A stretch of 64,000 nt of DNA from Octopus sinensis (GCF_006345805.1 NC_043003.1:74462001-74526000), one strand, 5' to 3'; positions 1 to 13,378 are shown, counted from the stretch's first letter. Numbers and translations: made by a program. Notes: generated by a model not told the origin, from the sequence alone.

Positions 1-231
1 TACAGAACAGCAACTAAGTGTTTCATACCGTAAAGATACAATAGTTCGACAGATTTCAGTTACATCCATGAACCTATTATTAACTCTTTTGTAAATTATG
101 TATATTGAATGTCATCCCTCAACGGAGAACGTGTTTTCCTGATCTCCCTATATGACGGAAGAGCAAGCTATACATACATGCACATAATCATATACGTATA
201 CATATATATATATATATATAATATATATAAT

Positions 232-313
<82 letters not shown>

Positions 314-876
314 TACATGTATATGTTTGTGTATAAAGGAAAATAAGGATGAAAACTAGTTTCTAGTATAGTGTCTTAGGTCATTTTATCACTATGGTTT
401 TGGGACCCATTCAATAGACGATTCAACTGCATATAGATCCTAAATTGCTATTGATCTTCAGGTATATTATAATGCATCCACGCATAAATAACTATAACAA
501 TAAAGTATAACTTATAACAATAAAGTATTTTCCTGCATATCTGTTGTGACTGAGCATCTATATATACTTGGAACTATCACTGGGCTCAAAACAACAATAC
601 TGTTGAAAAGCGCTTAGGAGCTTTGTATTAAAGTTGTATTTATCCTTATATTTCCTATATTTGATCTATAGCTCATAACTGGTGTTATCATCCTAACGAC
701 TATACAAGAGCAGACTGAATTATGAGTATTTACTTGGTCGCCTTAACTTATCAGTAGTAGTTGTGCATCTAATTGAACTATAAATGCCACTACATCTATG
801 TCTCTACATCCACACATTTGCGCACTCACACACACATACATACTGATTAAATAAATACATATGTATATATATATAC

Positions 877-1296
877 AGGAGTGGCTGTGTGGTAAGTAGC
901 TCGCTAACCAACCACATGGTTCCGGGTTCAGTCCCACTGCGTGGCACCTTGGGCAAGTGTCTTCTGCCATAACCTCGGGCCGACCAGTAGACGGAAACTG
1001 AAAGAAGCCCGTCGTATATATGTATATATATATATATATATGTGTGTGTATGTGTGTGTGTATGTGTGTGTCTGTATGTTTGTGTGTATGTGTTTGTCCC
1101 CCCACCCTAACGTTGCTTGACAACCGATGCTGGTGTTTTTATGTCCCCGTTACTTAGCGGTTCGGGAAAAGAGACCGATAGAATAAGTACTGGGCTTACA
1201 AAAGAATAAGTCCCGTGGTCGAGTTGTTCGATTAAAGGCGGTGCTCCAGCATGGCCGCAGTCAAATTACTGAAACAAGTAAAAGAGTAAAAGAGAG
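877..1296 (+). mobile_element. tRNA-derived SINE, family A (head, internal (AT)n/(GT)n, conserved tail)
   Basis: A-box TGGCTGTGTGG and B-box GGTTCAGTCCC, internal microsatellite ~1015-1090, tail ending GAAACAAGTAAAAGAGTAAAAGAG. The same layout recurs at 52.6-53.0 kb and 63.1-63.5 kb. Confidence 0.9.
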
Positions 1297-1318
1297 TATA
1301 TATATATATATATATGTA

Positions 1319-1377
<59 letters not shown>

Positions 1378-1416
1378 GGATACATGTATATATGCATATA
1401 AAAATATAGTCGCAAG

Positions 1417-1555
1417 ACTGGATGTGTGGTAAGAAGCATGCTTCCAATCACAAAGGTCTAGGTAAAACCATGGTAAGCCATGTCCTGTATTAGCCTGAGG
1501 CCACCCAAAGACTTATGAATGAATTTGTGAGATGGACACTGAAAGAAGACCAGCC
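1417..1555 (+). mobile_element. Decayed family A SINE head
   Basis: GGATGTGTGGTAAGAAGCATGCTTCC...GGACACTGAAAGAAGAC aligns by eye to the head at 877-1015. Confidence 0.7.
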
Positions 1556-1571
1556 ACTACACATTCGTTAT

Positions 1572-1722
1572 TTTTTTCTCCTTGTTTCTTTCTGTGTTCG
1601 TTTCTGTGGAAGAGCTTAGACTCGAAACGTTAAAGACTTTTTCACTTCCTGAGCGTTATACTAATACATCTCTTTGTTTTCTACACCACCTATCTTTGTC
1701 TTTTGTTTTTTGGGTGAATTAT
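1572..1722 (+). mobile_element. Short non-coding repeat with hammerhead-like motif (Penelope pLTR-like)
   Basis: Colinear with 56141-56292; the motif and downstream TTCCTGAGCG...TAATAC are shared with 30663-30740. Confidence 0.7.
1601..1637 (+). ncRNA. Minimal type-I hammerhead-like motif, non-canonical core
   Basis: TTT-CTGTGGA-A-GAGC(TTAG)ACTC-GAAAC-GTT-AAA-GAC: helix I TTT/AAA, helix II GAG/CTC, helix III palindrome ACGT. A6 is replaced by U. Confidence 0.5.
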
Positions 1723-1724
1723 AC

Positions 1725-1765
<41 letters not shown>

Positions 1766-4182
1766 TGAGTGTGAGTGGGTGTTCGTGTCCGTATGTATGT
1801 ATGTGCTTCTGTGTGTGAGTGTGTGTGAACATATGTATATATTATACGTAATGCATATCAACTCTCTATAATGGATCAAAATTGTGTTCTGCATAGAATA
1901 ATTGTCATCATACACATCGAAAATTCCTTTCAGCAGCTTGGAAATGTCTGCGCATTGAGCTCCTTTTCTTTAAACATTAATAAATAAACACGTGTCAATA
2001 TCGGTCATTAAGCGAGACATTGTATTTTGTTTGAAATTTGATGAATATTGATTGAATCATTTGCTGAATTATTTTCAGACAGACATCCATATAAATAATG
2101 CTGTATTATGTTACACACGCTAAAAGCAAGAACGGTTTCCGAACACACGAGATTGTTACAAAAACATTGCATGACTAACAATGTATTTACTTTGTTTGTT
2201 CTTTAATCATAGTATTTCATTATAAATGTGGTGTCTAATTATAACTGCCATAGTGCGTTTCAGGCAAAAAACAAAGTTAATGATACTAATGTTGCAATAT
2301 TGATACAACTGATATAACCACATTACAAATATTGTATTCACAACGTGGACACATTTTTGTGTAATTCTATAATCTCTAGTGTAAGGTAAATTACAAAGGT
2401 GCATTTTGAACACGTACATCCCGAAGTAATTATTTGTTATTCAGAAATCAATGTGCTACCGATTCTTATTAGGAGTTTTAATGGTTCCACATGTTATTTA
2501 CTATGGCAATGAGTACAAAATCGAATAAGATCATAAACTTTTCGGTGTGTGAGACTGTTGAATAAAACTTGAATATTCCTTTACTTTCTAAAATACTGTG
2601 CTGTACTTTAAATACTGATAACAGGAAAGAGAGGCAACTCCATTGTCCGATTTTAATGAGATATCTACCATGATATGCTTGCATCCATCGATCTGGGTGG
2701 CGATTTTTATGACTCTGAAATGAAGATTCGGTCTTTGAAGTGGCGCCACACATTTCATCTAGGCCTACGAATTTAAATAGGTAATGGTGTGCAGAGGAAT
2801 TTAGTGCGACTGTTGGAAAGACAAGTGTTTTATTCTCCTTGATTTTGTAAGATGTGGTTGTAGCCCGAATATACAGCGATACCTTGAAACACGCAAATTT
2901 CAAGATACCGTTAAAAGGAGAGACCCAGCTGGAAACCGATCGACAATCACCATCACAATGCGTGACGTCACACATTTATGGTAGCAATGCGGGTAATCGG
3001 AGAAATTGGCTGCCTAGTGGTTTTCTATGAACTGCACTGACCAGATCTGGTGACTCCTGGATTTCCATCTACTAGATTCAATGAAGGTCAGCCGTAGGGA
3101 TTACGTATTTCATTACAGGGAACGTGGAATTGGCTGTGAAAATTGGGCAGAGAGTTCATAGCTGAAGTTTTTGAGAAAGAACTCCAGATTTAAGTTCAGA
3201 GATGTCGCAAATACATTGTTTGTGAGAACGATTATATTCAGTGGTATCTACGTATAGAAGAGACCTATGCTGCCAAAACGTGCAATTTAAACTACCTACA
3301 TTACTTAGATAATAAAAACGCTATGCTCTCTATCGCACAATTACTACCACTTTCTCTTATTTAAACACGCACGAAATAAGAAAATACGTCATATTTTGCT
3401 CTTAGGTGACCATTTGCAACTTAGAAATGTTCCGCATAGCGTTATCTTTTTTATACTCCTGAATATGGGACTTAATTGCAGGTTGCTTTAGATAATATAG
3501 TGGTTCATATAACAAAGTACATGATGGTCATTGTCGGAACGCCTCTCATGATAGTTAAATTGATAAATGCTGATCTGCTGATGAAAAACTTGTACCTGCT
3601 GACAGTTTAAAAGAGAATTATAAACATAATCAAAATGAACGCACAAATTTCAACTGTTAGTCATATAAATGAGATAAGTAAGAAAACAAACATATACAAA
3701 CCTAAAACAAATGCATTAAAGAAGATATGTAATTAAATGCTTCACAAAATGTACATCTGAGAAGTCTTCATATCCTCAACGGTCTATATTAGCAATCACA
3801 ATTAACTGTCTTCTTAATGATTTCAAATAAAACCATTAAACATAATCTTTAGATTAACTAGCCGATTATCTCTAATAGGATTCTCTGCAGAGCTGGCTCA
3901 GTCGAATGAATTCACGTAACACTTGGTATCAGCGTTAAAAAAGAAATAAGAAAGTGAAAAGGATACATAAAGAAAAGAAAACGTGAGTGTAATACTGGAA
4001 TATATTAAGAAGCAACGGCGTTGATATTGATTTTTTGCTTTGGTGGTAAGAACATTAAAATTGATTGCATGCACTTGATATAATTTCAGATGCACGAACA
4101 TGTCCGTATATGTGTATGTATATATGTATATGTGTGTGTGCGTGCGCTTGTGTGCATGTATATATATATATATATATATATA

Positions 4183-4332
4183 TACTAAGCAATAAGGGTT
4201 TAGCAACGAGTTGCCTTACCACATACCGAATTTAGAAATAGCAGTCAAAGGGTTATAGCTATTTCGTCTACTAAAAAGGGAGATCTCAGTAAAAACAGCA
4301 TTTGGAAGGCAGACACAAACAGGTAAGAGAGA

Positions 4333-4333
<1 letters not shown>
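4183..4333 (-). mobile_element. ~150 bp repeat unit with hammerhead-like motif, same family as 35205-35598 and 62650-62850
   Basis: Near-identical to 35205-35355 with the same endpoints. The minus strand of 4251-4293 reads CTGAGA-TCT-loop-AGA-C-GAA-ATAGCTAT-A. Confidence 0.75.
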
Positions 4334-4382
<49 letters not shown>

Positions 4383-4387
4383 AGGCA

Positions 4388-4535
4388 CAGAAGTGGCTGT
4401 GTGGCAAGTAGCTTGCTTACAAACCACATGGTTCTGGGTTCAAACCTCTTGCGCAAGTGTCTTCTACTATATCCTCGGATCGACCAAAGCCTTGTGAGTG
4501 GATTTGGGTTACAAGGAACTGAAAGAAGCCCGTAT
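4388..4535 (+). mobile_element. Family A SINE head
   Basis: GTGGCTGTGTGGCAAGTAGCTTGC...GAACTGAAAGAAGCCCGTAT, followed by the internal (AT)n into which a mariner has inserted. Confidence 0.85.
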
Positions 4536-4539
4536 TATA

Positions 4540-4615
<76 letters not shown>

Positions 4616-4619
<4 letters not shown>

Positions 4620-5420
4620 GTCATCCCATAAGTTCTGTCCGATTTTAACTTTTTAAAATTGAATGAAATTTAAAAGTATTTTAGAATGTCTATTGGAATT
4701 AAAAATGCTGACATCTGCAATTCTCTCCATTCTCGCGAACTGATTTCACCCTTTTTGGATAGACTTGTGACTGGTGGCGAAAAATGGATCTTCTTTCGAA
4801 ATGTTAAATGTCGTAAATAGTGGCTTGGTAAAAGTGAGTAAGCTCAACCACAACCGAGAAGGGAACTTCATGGGAGAAAAGGTGCTCTCTTTTGATGGGA
4901 TTGCAAAGGAGTAATTCACTTTGAATTATTACCACCTAATACAACAATCAATGCTCAAGTCTACTGTCAGCAATTAGAGCGTTTGCAGCAAGCTTTGAAG
5001 GAAAAAAGACCCGCTTTAATGAATCGAAAAAGAATGATGATTCATCAGGAAAATGCGTGACGTCACACTGCAAAGATTACATAACAGAAGATCGAAGAGC
5101 TTGGTCGGGAAAAAATTTCTCATCTTCCTTAGTTTCCCGATCTTAGTCCTTCAGACTAGCAGTTGTTTTGCACTTTACCGAATCACTTGGGGGACATAGC
5201 TTTCTGAAATCAGGAGGAGGTCGAAACTGACATTTCAGAGTTCTTCGCTCTGAAACCAAAAGAGATTTACATTGATGGGATTAAAAAGCTTGTAAGTAGA
5301 TGGAAGAAAGTCATAGATAATCAGGGAAAGTTCATTGAGGATTAAATTTGAATTAGATATAACATGTGATCACTTATTTTGTTTATACAAAATTTGAACA
5401 TAACTTATGGGATGGCCTAA
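4616..5420 (+). mobile_element. Internally deleted mariner transposon with both TIRs
   Basis: TIRs TCAGGTCATCCCATAAGTTCTGTCCGATTT and AAATTTGAACATAACTTATGGGATGGCCTAA with TA flanks. Translation gives FLDRLVTGGEKW...WDCKGVIHFELLP...IHQENA...FPDLSPSD with stops; the N-terminal half is missing. Confidence 0.92.
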
Positions 5421-5425
5421 TATAT

Positions 5426-5767
5426 GGTGGCACTCGTCGGTTACGACGACGAGGGTTCCAATTGATCTTATCAATGGAACAGCCTGTTCGTGAAATTAAC
5501 GTACATGTGGCTGAGCACCCCATCGACACGTGTATAGTTAACGTTGTTCTCGGGGAGATTCAGCGTTGCACAGAATCAGGAAGAAAGAGTGAGAAATAGC
5601 TGTGGTAAAAGAGTACAGCAGGGTTCGCCACCACCCCTGCTGGAGCCTTGTGGAGCTTTAGATGTTTTTGCTCAATAAACACTCACAATGCTCGGTCTGG
5701 GGAGACAGAAACCATGATACTACGACCGCGAGTTCGTTACCCTAACCACTGGGCCAATGCGCCTCCA
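5426..5767 (-). mobile_element. tRNA-derived SINE, family C (possibly composite)
   Basis: Minus-strand head GGAGGCGCATTGGCCCAGTGGTTAGGG with A-box; 5580-5767 matches 31270-31433. Confidence 0.8.
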
Positions 5768-5919
5768 CACACACAACACACACGCACACACACACACACA
5801 CACATACTTGTTTGTTTACTCCTTATGCATTATGCAGAGTCTGATCTCGTATTTTACTTAGACATCGGATCCATCATGGCTTTTGATGTGGCTTTTAATA
5901 TATGAAAATTATGAGTGTG

Positions 5920-6185
5920 TTTTAAAATTTAGAAAATACATAGGCAGTATTTCGCTATCTTTTGGGCACTCTCTTTTGAATTTCTGTCATTTTGGGATCT
6001 TCTGGTATCTGAGCTAGGTAGGAATGAGCCCCTTTTGCTATTTTTCGGAGAGTACCAATGACAACAAGTATTGTTTTAGTCTTGAGGTTCCACATTTTGT
6101 CAATTTCTATTTCAAGATCTATATATTTGCTCGGTTTTTGGTAGGTCTTGACAGATGCACTGATGTCGATTGGGTCAGTCAAAGA
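5920..6185 (-). mobile_element. R4-clade retrotransposon 3' fragment (RLE endonuclease)
   Basis: ORF 5955-6182 KYIDLEIEIDKMWNLKTKTILVVIGTL parallels KYKDLEIEVTRMWNLKTETIPIIVGALG in 12575-13378. Confidence 0.85.
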
Positions 6186-6634
6186 AAATCTCCTGTGTTA
6201 CTTAGGTGACTCTTCGATAAAACAATTTTGAAGTTTTCCGTAAGGCACCCAATATGAGATTTAGAATTGATGAAGCCTTCTGGTCGTGTTGTCAAAGAAA
6301 TTGCCCTCACATCCGATATCGGAAGAGAACCCAAACTTAAGAAATATAAAACATTTTAGCAGAGGAATAAATAGCTATAATCTGATAAATCGCATGGCAC
6401 AAAAAAAATTCTGATTTCGATCTTAGAAAATAAGAGAATATTGCAATGTCTGTAGGAAAATTGGTGGAATTTAGTAAATAATTTCCGTGGAATAACAGCA
6501 CATATCAGTATATTCATAATTCAAATTAACGCAACTACATACGTAAACACCAACAGGTAGAGCAATGATAATGGCTAAGTATTCGCAAAAAATATGTGTC
6601 GAACCAATACTAGGCTACCAATCAAAAATATATT

Positions 6635-6848
6635 CTTTTCTACTCTAGGAACAAGGCCCGAAATTTTGGAGGAGGCAACCAGTAGATTAGATCGACCCCA
6701 GTACGCAACTGGTAATTAATTTATCGAACCCGAAAGGATGAAAGGCAAAGCCGACCTCGGTAGAATTTGAACTCAGAACATAACGGCAGACGGAATACGG
6801 CTACGCATTTCGCCCGGCGAGCTAACGTTTCTGCCAGCTCTCCGCTTT
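6635..6848 (-). mobile_element. tRNA-derived SINE, family B, with 16 bp TSD
   Basis: Minus head GAGCTGGCAGAAACGTTAG...GAGTTCAAATTC; direct repeat CAATCAAAAATATATT at 6619-6634 and 6849-6864. Confidence 0.92.
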
Positions 6849-8740
6849 CAATCAAAAATATATTATGACACCAAGCATTTATTCTCATCGCAGAACAAAT
6901 CTTTAAAATCAGTGCGGCATTTAATTTAGAATAATATCAATAATTTCCCACCAGAGTCTTAAAGTGGAGCTGTTTGGAATTTAATGGTCTTCTGTTACCT
7001 ATGTTATCTACTCTTCAGTTGTATTTTTATTTCCAAAGTAGTTTAATATGGTCTTTATCATTCATATACGTAATGAGCATTCTGAATCTACCTTCTAAAA
7101 TTCTGATTTATTACATTGCCTAGTATCAACCGCAAGGTAATTGATCCGCAATGATCCACAAATAAGGTGATGGTGAGAAATGTTCACGAAAGCGCGTCAT
7201 GTTTTTCTGCCGTTATTCACCAGAGCAAAATTAATATAACGTGGCACATGTAACCAATGACAACCCATGCTGAATTATCTAAAATCATGGACGAACAATA
7301 CAACCACCAGAATTTGTGATGTAATTTACACGGTCCACTGTACTACTAAACGTAGAAATAACGTCTCGCTGATATGTCTTAAGTTTGTTTCTTGTATTAT
7401 TTCTACGAGTGAACACGCAACATATATCATACAATGATATGCAAAATTCCGTAGTAAAACCAAGGGAGAATTTAGATCAACCGGTAAAGCAATCAGCTCA
7501 CCTACGATATGCAATCAACCTATGACAGAACATAGTTACCTAAATGGTTCCAGAGATATCTGTTTCGAGATATGGAGCAACTACCTTGGTGCGGGGCAGT
7601 ATGCCAGCTCCTAATCCAAGAGAATTCGTTGAAAATTGCCTCCTACATTCAAGAGTATGATAAGGTGAAATCCATACATGTTATACTTTCTTCTCAACAC
7701 AGCTGCACAACATATCAGTGTGATAGTCGCTCTAATTTTAATGATTAAGCCATTTCTGATCCCTTCCCAAGTTCAATGGGAAACGTCCATTAAACTGTAA
7801 TATACGACTATGCTACGACTGAAATTTTCTTTTCCCGATTTGATATTCAAGCGAAATCAGGTTGTCAGTACACAAATTACACAGACACTTTACTGGAAGT
7901 AACAACGCGCTGTCAAAATGTAAAGAAAAAAAAAAAACTTCGGTATTTGCATTGGACATTCTGCATCAAAGTCTTTTAAGATTTCATATTGTGCGTGTGA
8001 ACAGAGAGATACTGATGGATAAGTAATATCATGATTCTTTATGTAAATGGGTATTTCAGTAGTGTGTACATTATGATAAATTCCATGTGTGCTGCACAAA
8101 AAAATAATCATCACAGGCCAAATAGTATTGTGAAGTTCCTGGCCTCTCGACACACGTTAGACAAGAGACACATGCTAACCATAGCGTTCAGCATTTGAGG
8201 ATAAGAATTTAGGAATTATCATGTAAAATTATCGACAATAGCCATTTTACCAAAGCCAAATACAATTTTCACTGGCGACTGTTGAACTCTTCCTGTTGAA
8301 ATAGAAATGACAGATACAATGACCGACTAACTGGTCTTCTGGTAGTATGTACGCAACGGTTCAATTAATAAGAAATACATTACTTAAACTCGGACACATA
8401 CATATTTACACACAAATGTGACAACACACGTGTATTAGTACACACGCATCCCATATCCATGCACACACACACATACATATATACACAAGCATGCATTTAC
8501 ATGTATGTGTAAATATATGTGTGTGCGTGTATATGAATTAGTATTATACATATACCTGCCTGTATAGGGGTATTTATATCTACCCATCTCTCTCTATAAT
8601 ATATATGTGTGTGTTTATATGTACAAATAAGTGTATATTTGTTTCTACATGTATATATACATACATACACACACTCATATAGTGAGCGAAAGACAAATAA
8701 AGAGTTAGAAATAAAAGTAGATGAACGGAAATACCAACAT

Positions 8741-8744
<4 letters not shown>

Positions 8745-8803
<59 letters not shown>

Positions 8804-8818
8804 TATAGATAGATAGAC
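8745..8818. repeat. (GATA)n microsatellite
   Basis: Near-perfect tetranucleotide run. Confidence 0.95.
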
Positions 8819-10123
8819 AGACAAACACGGTTACAAAGAAAGAAGATACAGATAAGTTTATTGGTATTATATTTATGCATGATTCTTTTCATGTACCCAC
8901 TCTAATTTGATTGAAGTTTTACAGCTTTACGAACATTTATTGGACAAGTATTTCTTAGCGTTCCAAATACGAAATCTTTTTTCTCTCGCTCAATCTGCAT
9001 GCTAACCTCTCCATCACTCTGCTAGTGAAGCCTATTAAAATACACAAAGCACATAATCATTCAACTTTGCTGTGTGCACTTGATTGATCATGTGTTATAA
9101 TGACAATACTTAACCATCAATATTATACAGGGATATTCACCTAACTTAATATAGATACCCAAAATTCACTTTGCTTATTCATCCGACTAGATTCAAGCGA
9201 ATGCAATGGGGTATACAAGCTGCATTTGAGATTGCTTTCCTCATATTCGTCAAGATATGAGCTGAAAACGTAAAAGGTGATATACACTTGTATATGGTCG
9301 AGTGACTTTGCTGCATTTTCATTATTAAATATTGCTTGTTAAGTCTCAAAGAAATCAATCACGGTACACGAATGTTTGTGTATAGAACAGTGATCTTTCG
9401 TTAAAGTAAGACCTGTTCACTGTTTTTATCAAAAGTTCTATATAGGATTATGCATTCAATTATGAAGACACTTTTATTGATATCTGCAAGCATTCTGTCT
9501 CACTTGCATTGGTCCGTAAACAATGCAGTTCTCCTATAACATTAAAGACTCCCGGGATGTTCTTATGTATTTCATATACACTATTTAATCTAAAGAAAAA
9601 TTTATGTTTCAGCTACGTAGATTTGGCCCCTGAGTCAAATGAAAATTACATAAAGATGTATTTCATATAAGTCATATAAATATATTATAGTGTGATGCAT
9701 ATTTGCACGAATTTGTGTGAATATGAGTGACTGTAGGTGCCTACGCACACTCACACATAGTCATATATATATATATATATACGTACATATATGTGTGCGC
9801 ACGTGTGTGTGTATAGTCATGTATTTATACACATGCACACACTCTGACAACGACGTATATATTCATTTGACGTGCACATATATGGATAGGAAAATGTATC
9901 TATTAATATAATTTGCGTATATTCTTTTCTATACGTCATTATTCAGGGTTATCTCCAGTTTTAAGTATGTGTGTATATATAAATGATTTATATATTCTGC
10001 TATGTTTTTGTATTTCTAAATCGACATGTATATCTACATGACTACAGAGTGCATTATATATGTACCTGTGCATGCGCGTGTGTGCACGTGCGTATTTGTG
10101 TGTATGTGTGTGTGTGTTTGTGC

Positions 10124-10155
<32 letters not shown>

Positions 10156-11211
10156 TTGTTTGTGTCTTTTTTGTGGGTGAGAGTGTGTGTAACATAAGCC
10201 ATAGAAATGTTATTCCGATACGTTAAAATCAAAGAAAAAATCGTGAAATATTTGGACCGTATGTTAAAATATAAGTACTGTAACTGTACTGAAAAAAAAT
10301 TATTCAAATTATGTATTCAAATTATATAATGAATACATGCACTTCATAGTGGCAAAACCTTAGGATTAGACAAATGCTGGAATATATATTTATCACTTAG
10401 TGCTTGGTTAAATCAACGTTAAGCCTTTTGGAGTATTTTCTCCTGTACTCTTTATAACCCTACTGCTGTCAGGAAATAACGTTAACATTTGTCAAGAAAT
10501 ACAACTGTATGATAGTCAATGACGCGTAATAATGATACCACAGATGTGTGTTTAAGTGTGTGTTTGCTTGTTTGTGTGTGCATGTGTGTGCTTATGTGCG
10601 AGCGCTTGCGTGCGTGCATGCGTGTCTGTGTGTCTACTTGTGTGTATGTGTTATGGCAAGTTCTATGCTAACCAGCGCAAGATATCATGCAAATTAATTT
10701 TTTTTTTTATAGAAACAAATGATAGAAAATGATATGTTTAATCAAGCATGTGATTGGGTTTTGCGGCTATACAGTTGATATTTGCGTCTTAAATTATAGT
10801 TTTATTCCCTAGAATTTACATTATGACAGTTATCCAACTGATATCGAAGCTAACGGAAGATAAGTGTATAAATAAAATATACAATTCTGTTTCAGCTGAT
10901 ATTATTTATAAACCAGAAGTAACTATAGTTTACATTAACACTAACGTATATATTGTTGTATGTTGCATCCAAACCATGTGCATAAGGGAGAACGAATTAT
11001 ATATAGTGTACATACTGGGCACATTATAAGCAGAGAGTGTTTGTGAGTAGACGTGATCTATTCATAGATCTTAGTAATAACCGTATTGTTCGGGGCTATA
11101 TTGCTAAAACATTATGTAAACAACGTAAGTTTGTAGTTATTTGAAGCTTGCAATAATGACGAAAAACAAGAACGTTGTGATGGATGCTAAATATTGCCAG
11201 TAAACTTTTAA

Positions 11212-11618
11212 TTTCGGTACAGGCCAACTATTTGAAGGTAGGGGTCAAGTCGATGTCATGGATTCTAGCACTTTTAGCACGCCGGGCGAAATGCGTAGCC
11301 GTATTTCGTCTGCTGTTACGTTGTGAGTTCAAATTCCGCCGAGGTTGACTTTGCCTTTCATCCTTTCGGGGTCGATAAATTAAGTACCAGTTACGCACTG
11401 GGGGTCGATGTAATCGACTTAATACCTATGTCTGTCCTTGTTTGTCCCCTCTATGTTTAGCCCCTTGTGGGTAATAAAGAAATAGGTATTTATTTTATCA
11501 ACCGCGAAATGGAGACTGGCAAAATTGCTTTCGGTGGATTTTGAATTCACAACAGAAAAGGCGGAGTAAAGAGTGCTAAGCATTCTGTCGTGTATGCTAA
11601 TTATTCTACCAGCCCACC
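11212..11618 (-). mobile_element. Older family B SINE interrupted by a younger copy
   Basis: Segments 11212-11273 and 11485-11618 join into one decayed minus-strand family B copy. Confidence 0.7.
11274..11484 (+). mobile_element. Family B SINE, younger and nested, 5' end clipped
   Basis: TTAGCACGCCGGGCGAAATGCGTAGCCG...GAGTTCAAATTCCGCCGAGG...GTAATAAAGAAATAG; colinear with 53016-53244. Confidence 0.9.
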
Positions 11619-12261
11619 AACTAACAATTAGCGAATTGTAATGTCTTTACTAAATACTCTCACTGTTTGAATCAGTGAATCTGTCTGTTCCAATTTTTGC
11701 ATATATCTTGAAGTCATCCGTATAAAGGTAATGATTAATTTTCATCATAGTTTTCATAAACTTTCAGACAATCCTGAATTTTGTTAGCATACTTGTCAGA
11801 AGAATTAATGCTATGACGAAGAGCAACGGAGAGAGTAAGAGAGAGAGAGAGAGGGAGAGAGATAGGGAGAGAGAGGGGAGAGGGAGAGAGAGAGAGAGAG
11901 ATTTTCTTTGAAAAATGTCCCGGTGTCTTTTCCTGTTACCTGACAAACCATTTGTACACGGTCGGTGATTACTCTCGCGAAAAGAAGTTTTAAAATACCC
12001 ATTGATTCCGAGCGTCTGCTGATGCAGCCCCAACATCCAGTTGTATGGGATATTCACGTAGTCATACTTAAATCTAACTATTCAACAGCTAAATTCCTCA
12101 ACCTTAGCTATACCTCATTTAAAATGATGATGTCAATATATAACAGATCAGAAGTTCCACTTGATTTCTGCTTAAATCCTTTTTTCCCTTAAGGCAGGAG
12201 TTTCTCCTTTTCCAGAAAATTATATACTTCATCTGCAATCAGTCCAGTTGTTGTTTTCGTC

Positions 12262-12447
12262 GTTGAGGTTGTTGTTGTTTTTCTTCTTATTTTCTTCTTC
12301 TTCTTCTTCTTCTTCTTCTTCTTCTTCTCTTCTTCTTCTTCTTCTTCTTCTTCTTCTTCTTCTATTCTTCTTCTTCTTCTTCTTCTTCTCTTCTTCTTCT
12401 TCTTCTTTATATTATTATTATTATTATTATTATATTATATTATATTA

Positions 12448-12478
<31 letters not shown>
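12262..12478. repeat. Compound (GTT)/(CTT)n/(ATT)n microsatellite at the 3' flank of the R4 element
   Basis: Seen directly. Confidence 0.95.
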
Positions 12479-12481
<3 letters not shown>

Positions 12482-12574
12482 TAGTTTTATTTTATAGCGT
12501 GCTTTCACTTCACTACCGAGCGCAGCTCTGTGTGCCTTGGGTACGTGCTGTGATTTGTTGTGATGCTCTGATGG

Positions 12575-13378
12575 TTATTGTATGGAAAGTGTTCTGCGTA
12601 GGATGTGTGCAGTGCCTAGTAGTGCAATTTTCTGTATGTTATATGTGTTTGTAAGTCCTGGTGTTTTTGTTATGTATTTGTCTGAATATTTTTTTATCAT
12701 GCCTAATGCACCTACTATGATAGGAATTGTTTCTGTTTTCAGGTTCCACATTCTGGTTACCTCTATTTCCAGGTCTTTGTATTTTGTGAGTTTCTCCATT
12801 TCTTTTAGAGACATGGTGTCATCTGCCGGTATTGATACATCAATTAGAAAGCATTTTTCTTCTTCATGATCTCTGACAACTATATCTGGCCTGTTGGCCT
12901 TAATTTCTCTATCTGTGTGTATCGGCATATCCCAGAGTATGGTTGCTTTCTCGTTTTCTGTGACCTTTTCTGGTGTGTGCCTATACATTCTTTTTTCTGT
13001 TGTTATTCCATAATGTTGGCATAGCTTCCAATGTATGTAGGTTCTAACTCTGTCATGTCTGTGAATATATTCCTTCTTAGCCAAGACTGGGCAGCTAGAG
13101 ATAATATGATTTATTGTTTCTTGTCCATCTCCACATATTCTGCAGTTACTTGTAATTACATGTTTTTGGTAATTTCTGGTGGGGAGGCTTTGGTCTTGTG
13201 CTGCAATTAAAAATCCCTCTGTTTCTGCTTTGAGTCCTGAGCTTCTCAACCATTGCTGGGATTTTTCTTTGTCTATTTCTTTTGCGTTTAGTTTAGTGCA
13301 GTATTTACCATGAAGGGGCTTTTCTTGCCATCGTTTTATCATTGCTCGTTGCTGTTCTATTTTCAGTTTGGTTTTCAT
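12575..13378 (-). pseudogene. R4 ORF C-terminus: CCHC zinc finger and restriction-like endonuclease
   Basis: CRICGDGQETINHIISSC; ANRPDIVV...FLIDVSIP...EKLTKYKDL. Confidence 0.95.

Noticed and set aside
877-950. SINE heads as true tRNA genes
   Set aside because: A and B boxes are present but there is no complete cloverleaf, and each continues into SINE body sequence.
2478-2975. 165 aa non-repetitive minus-strand ORF
   Set aside because: No recognisable motif or splice context; left unassigned pending a profile search.
5426-5580. Hairpin-rich plus-strand segment (GTTCC...GGAAC) as an HDV-like ribozyme
   Set aside because: No strand complementary to the putative P1 GGCACTC is present in this copy, so a nested double pseudoknot could not be built.
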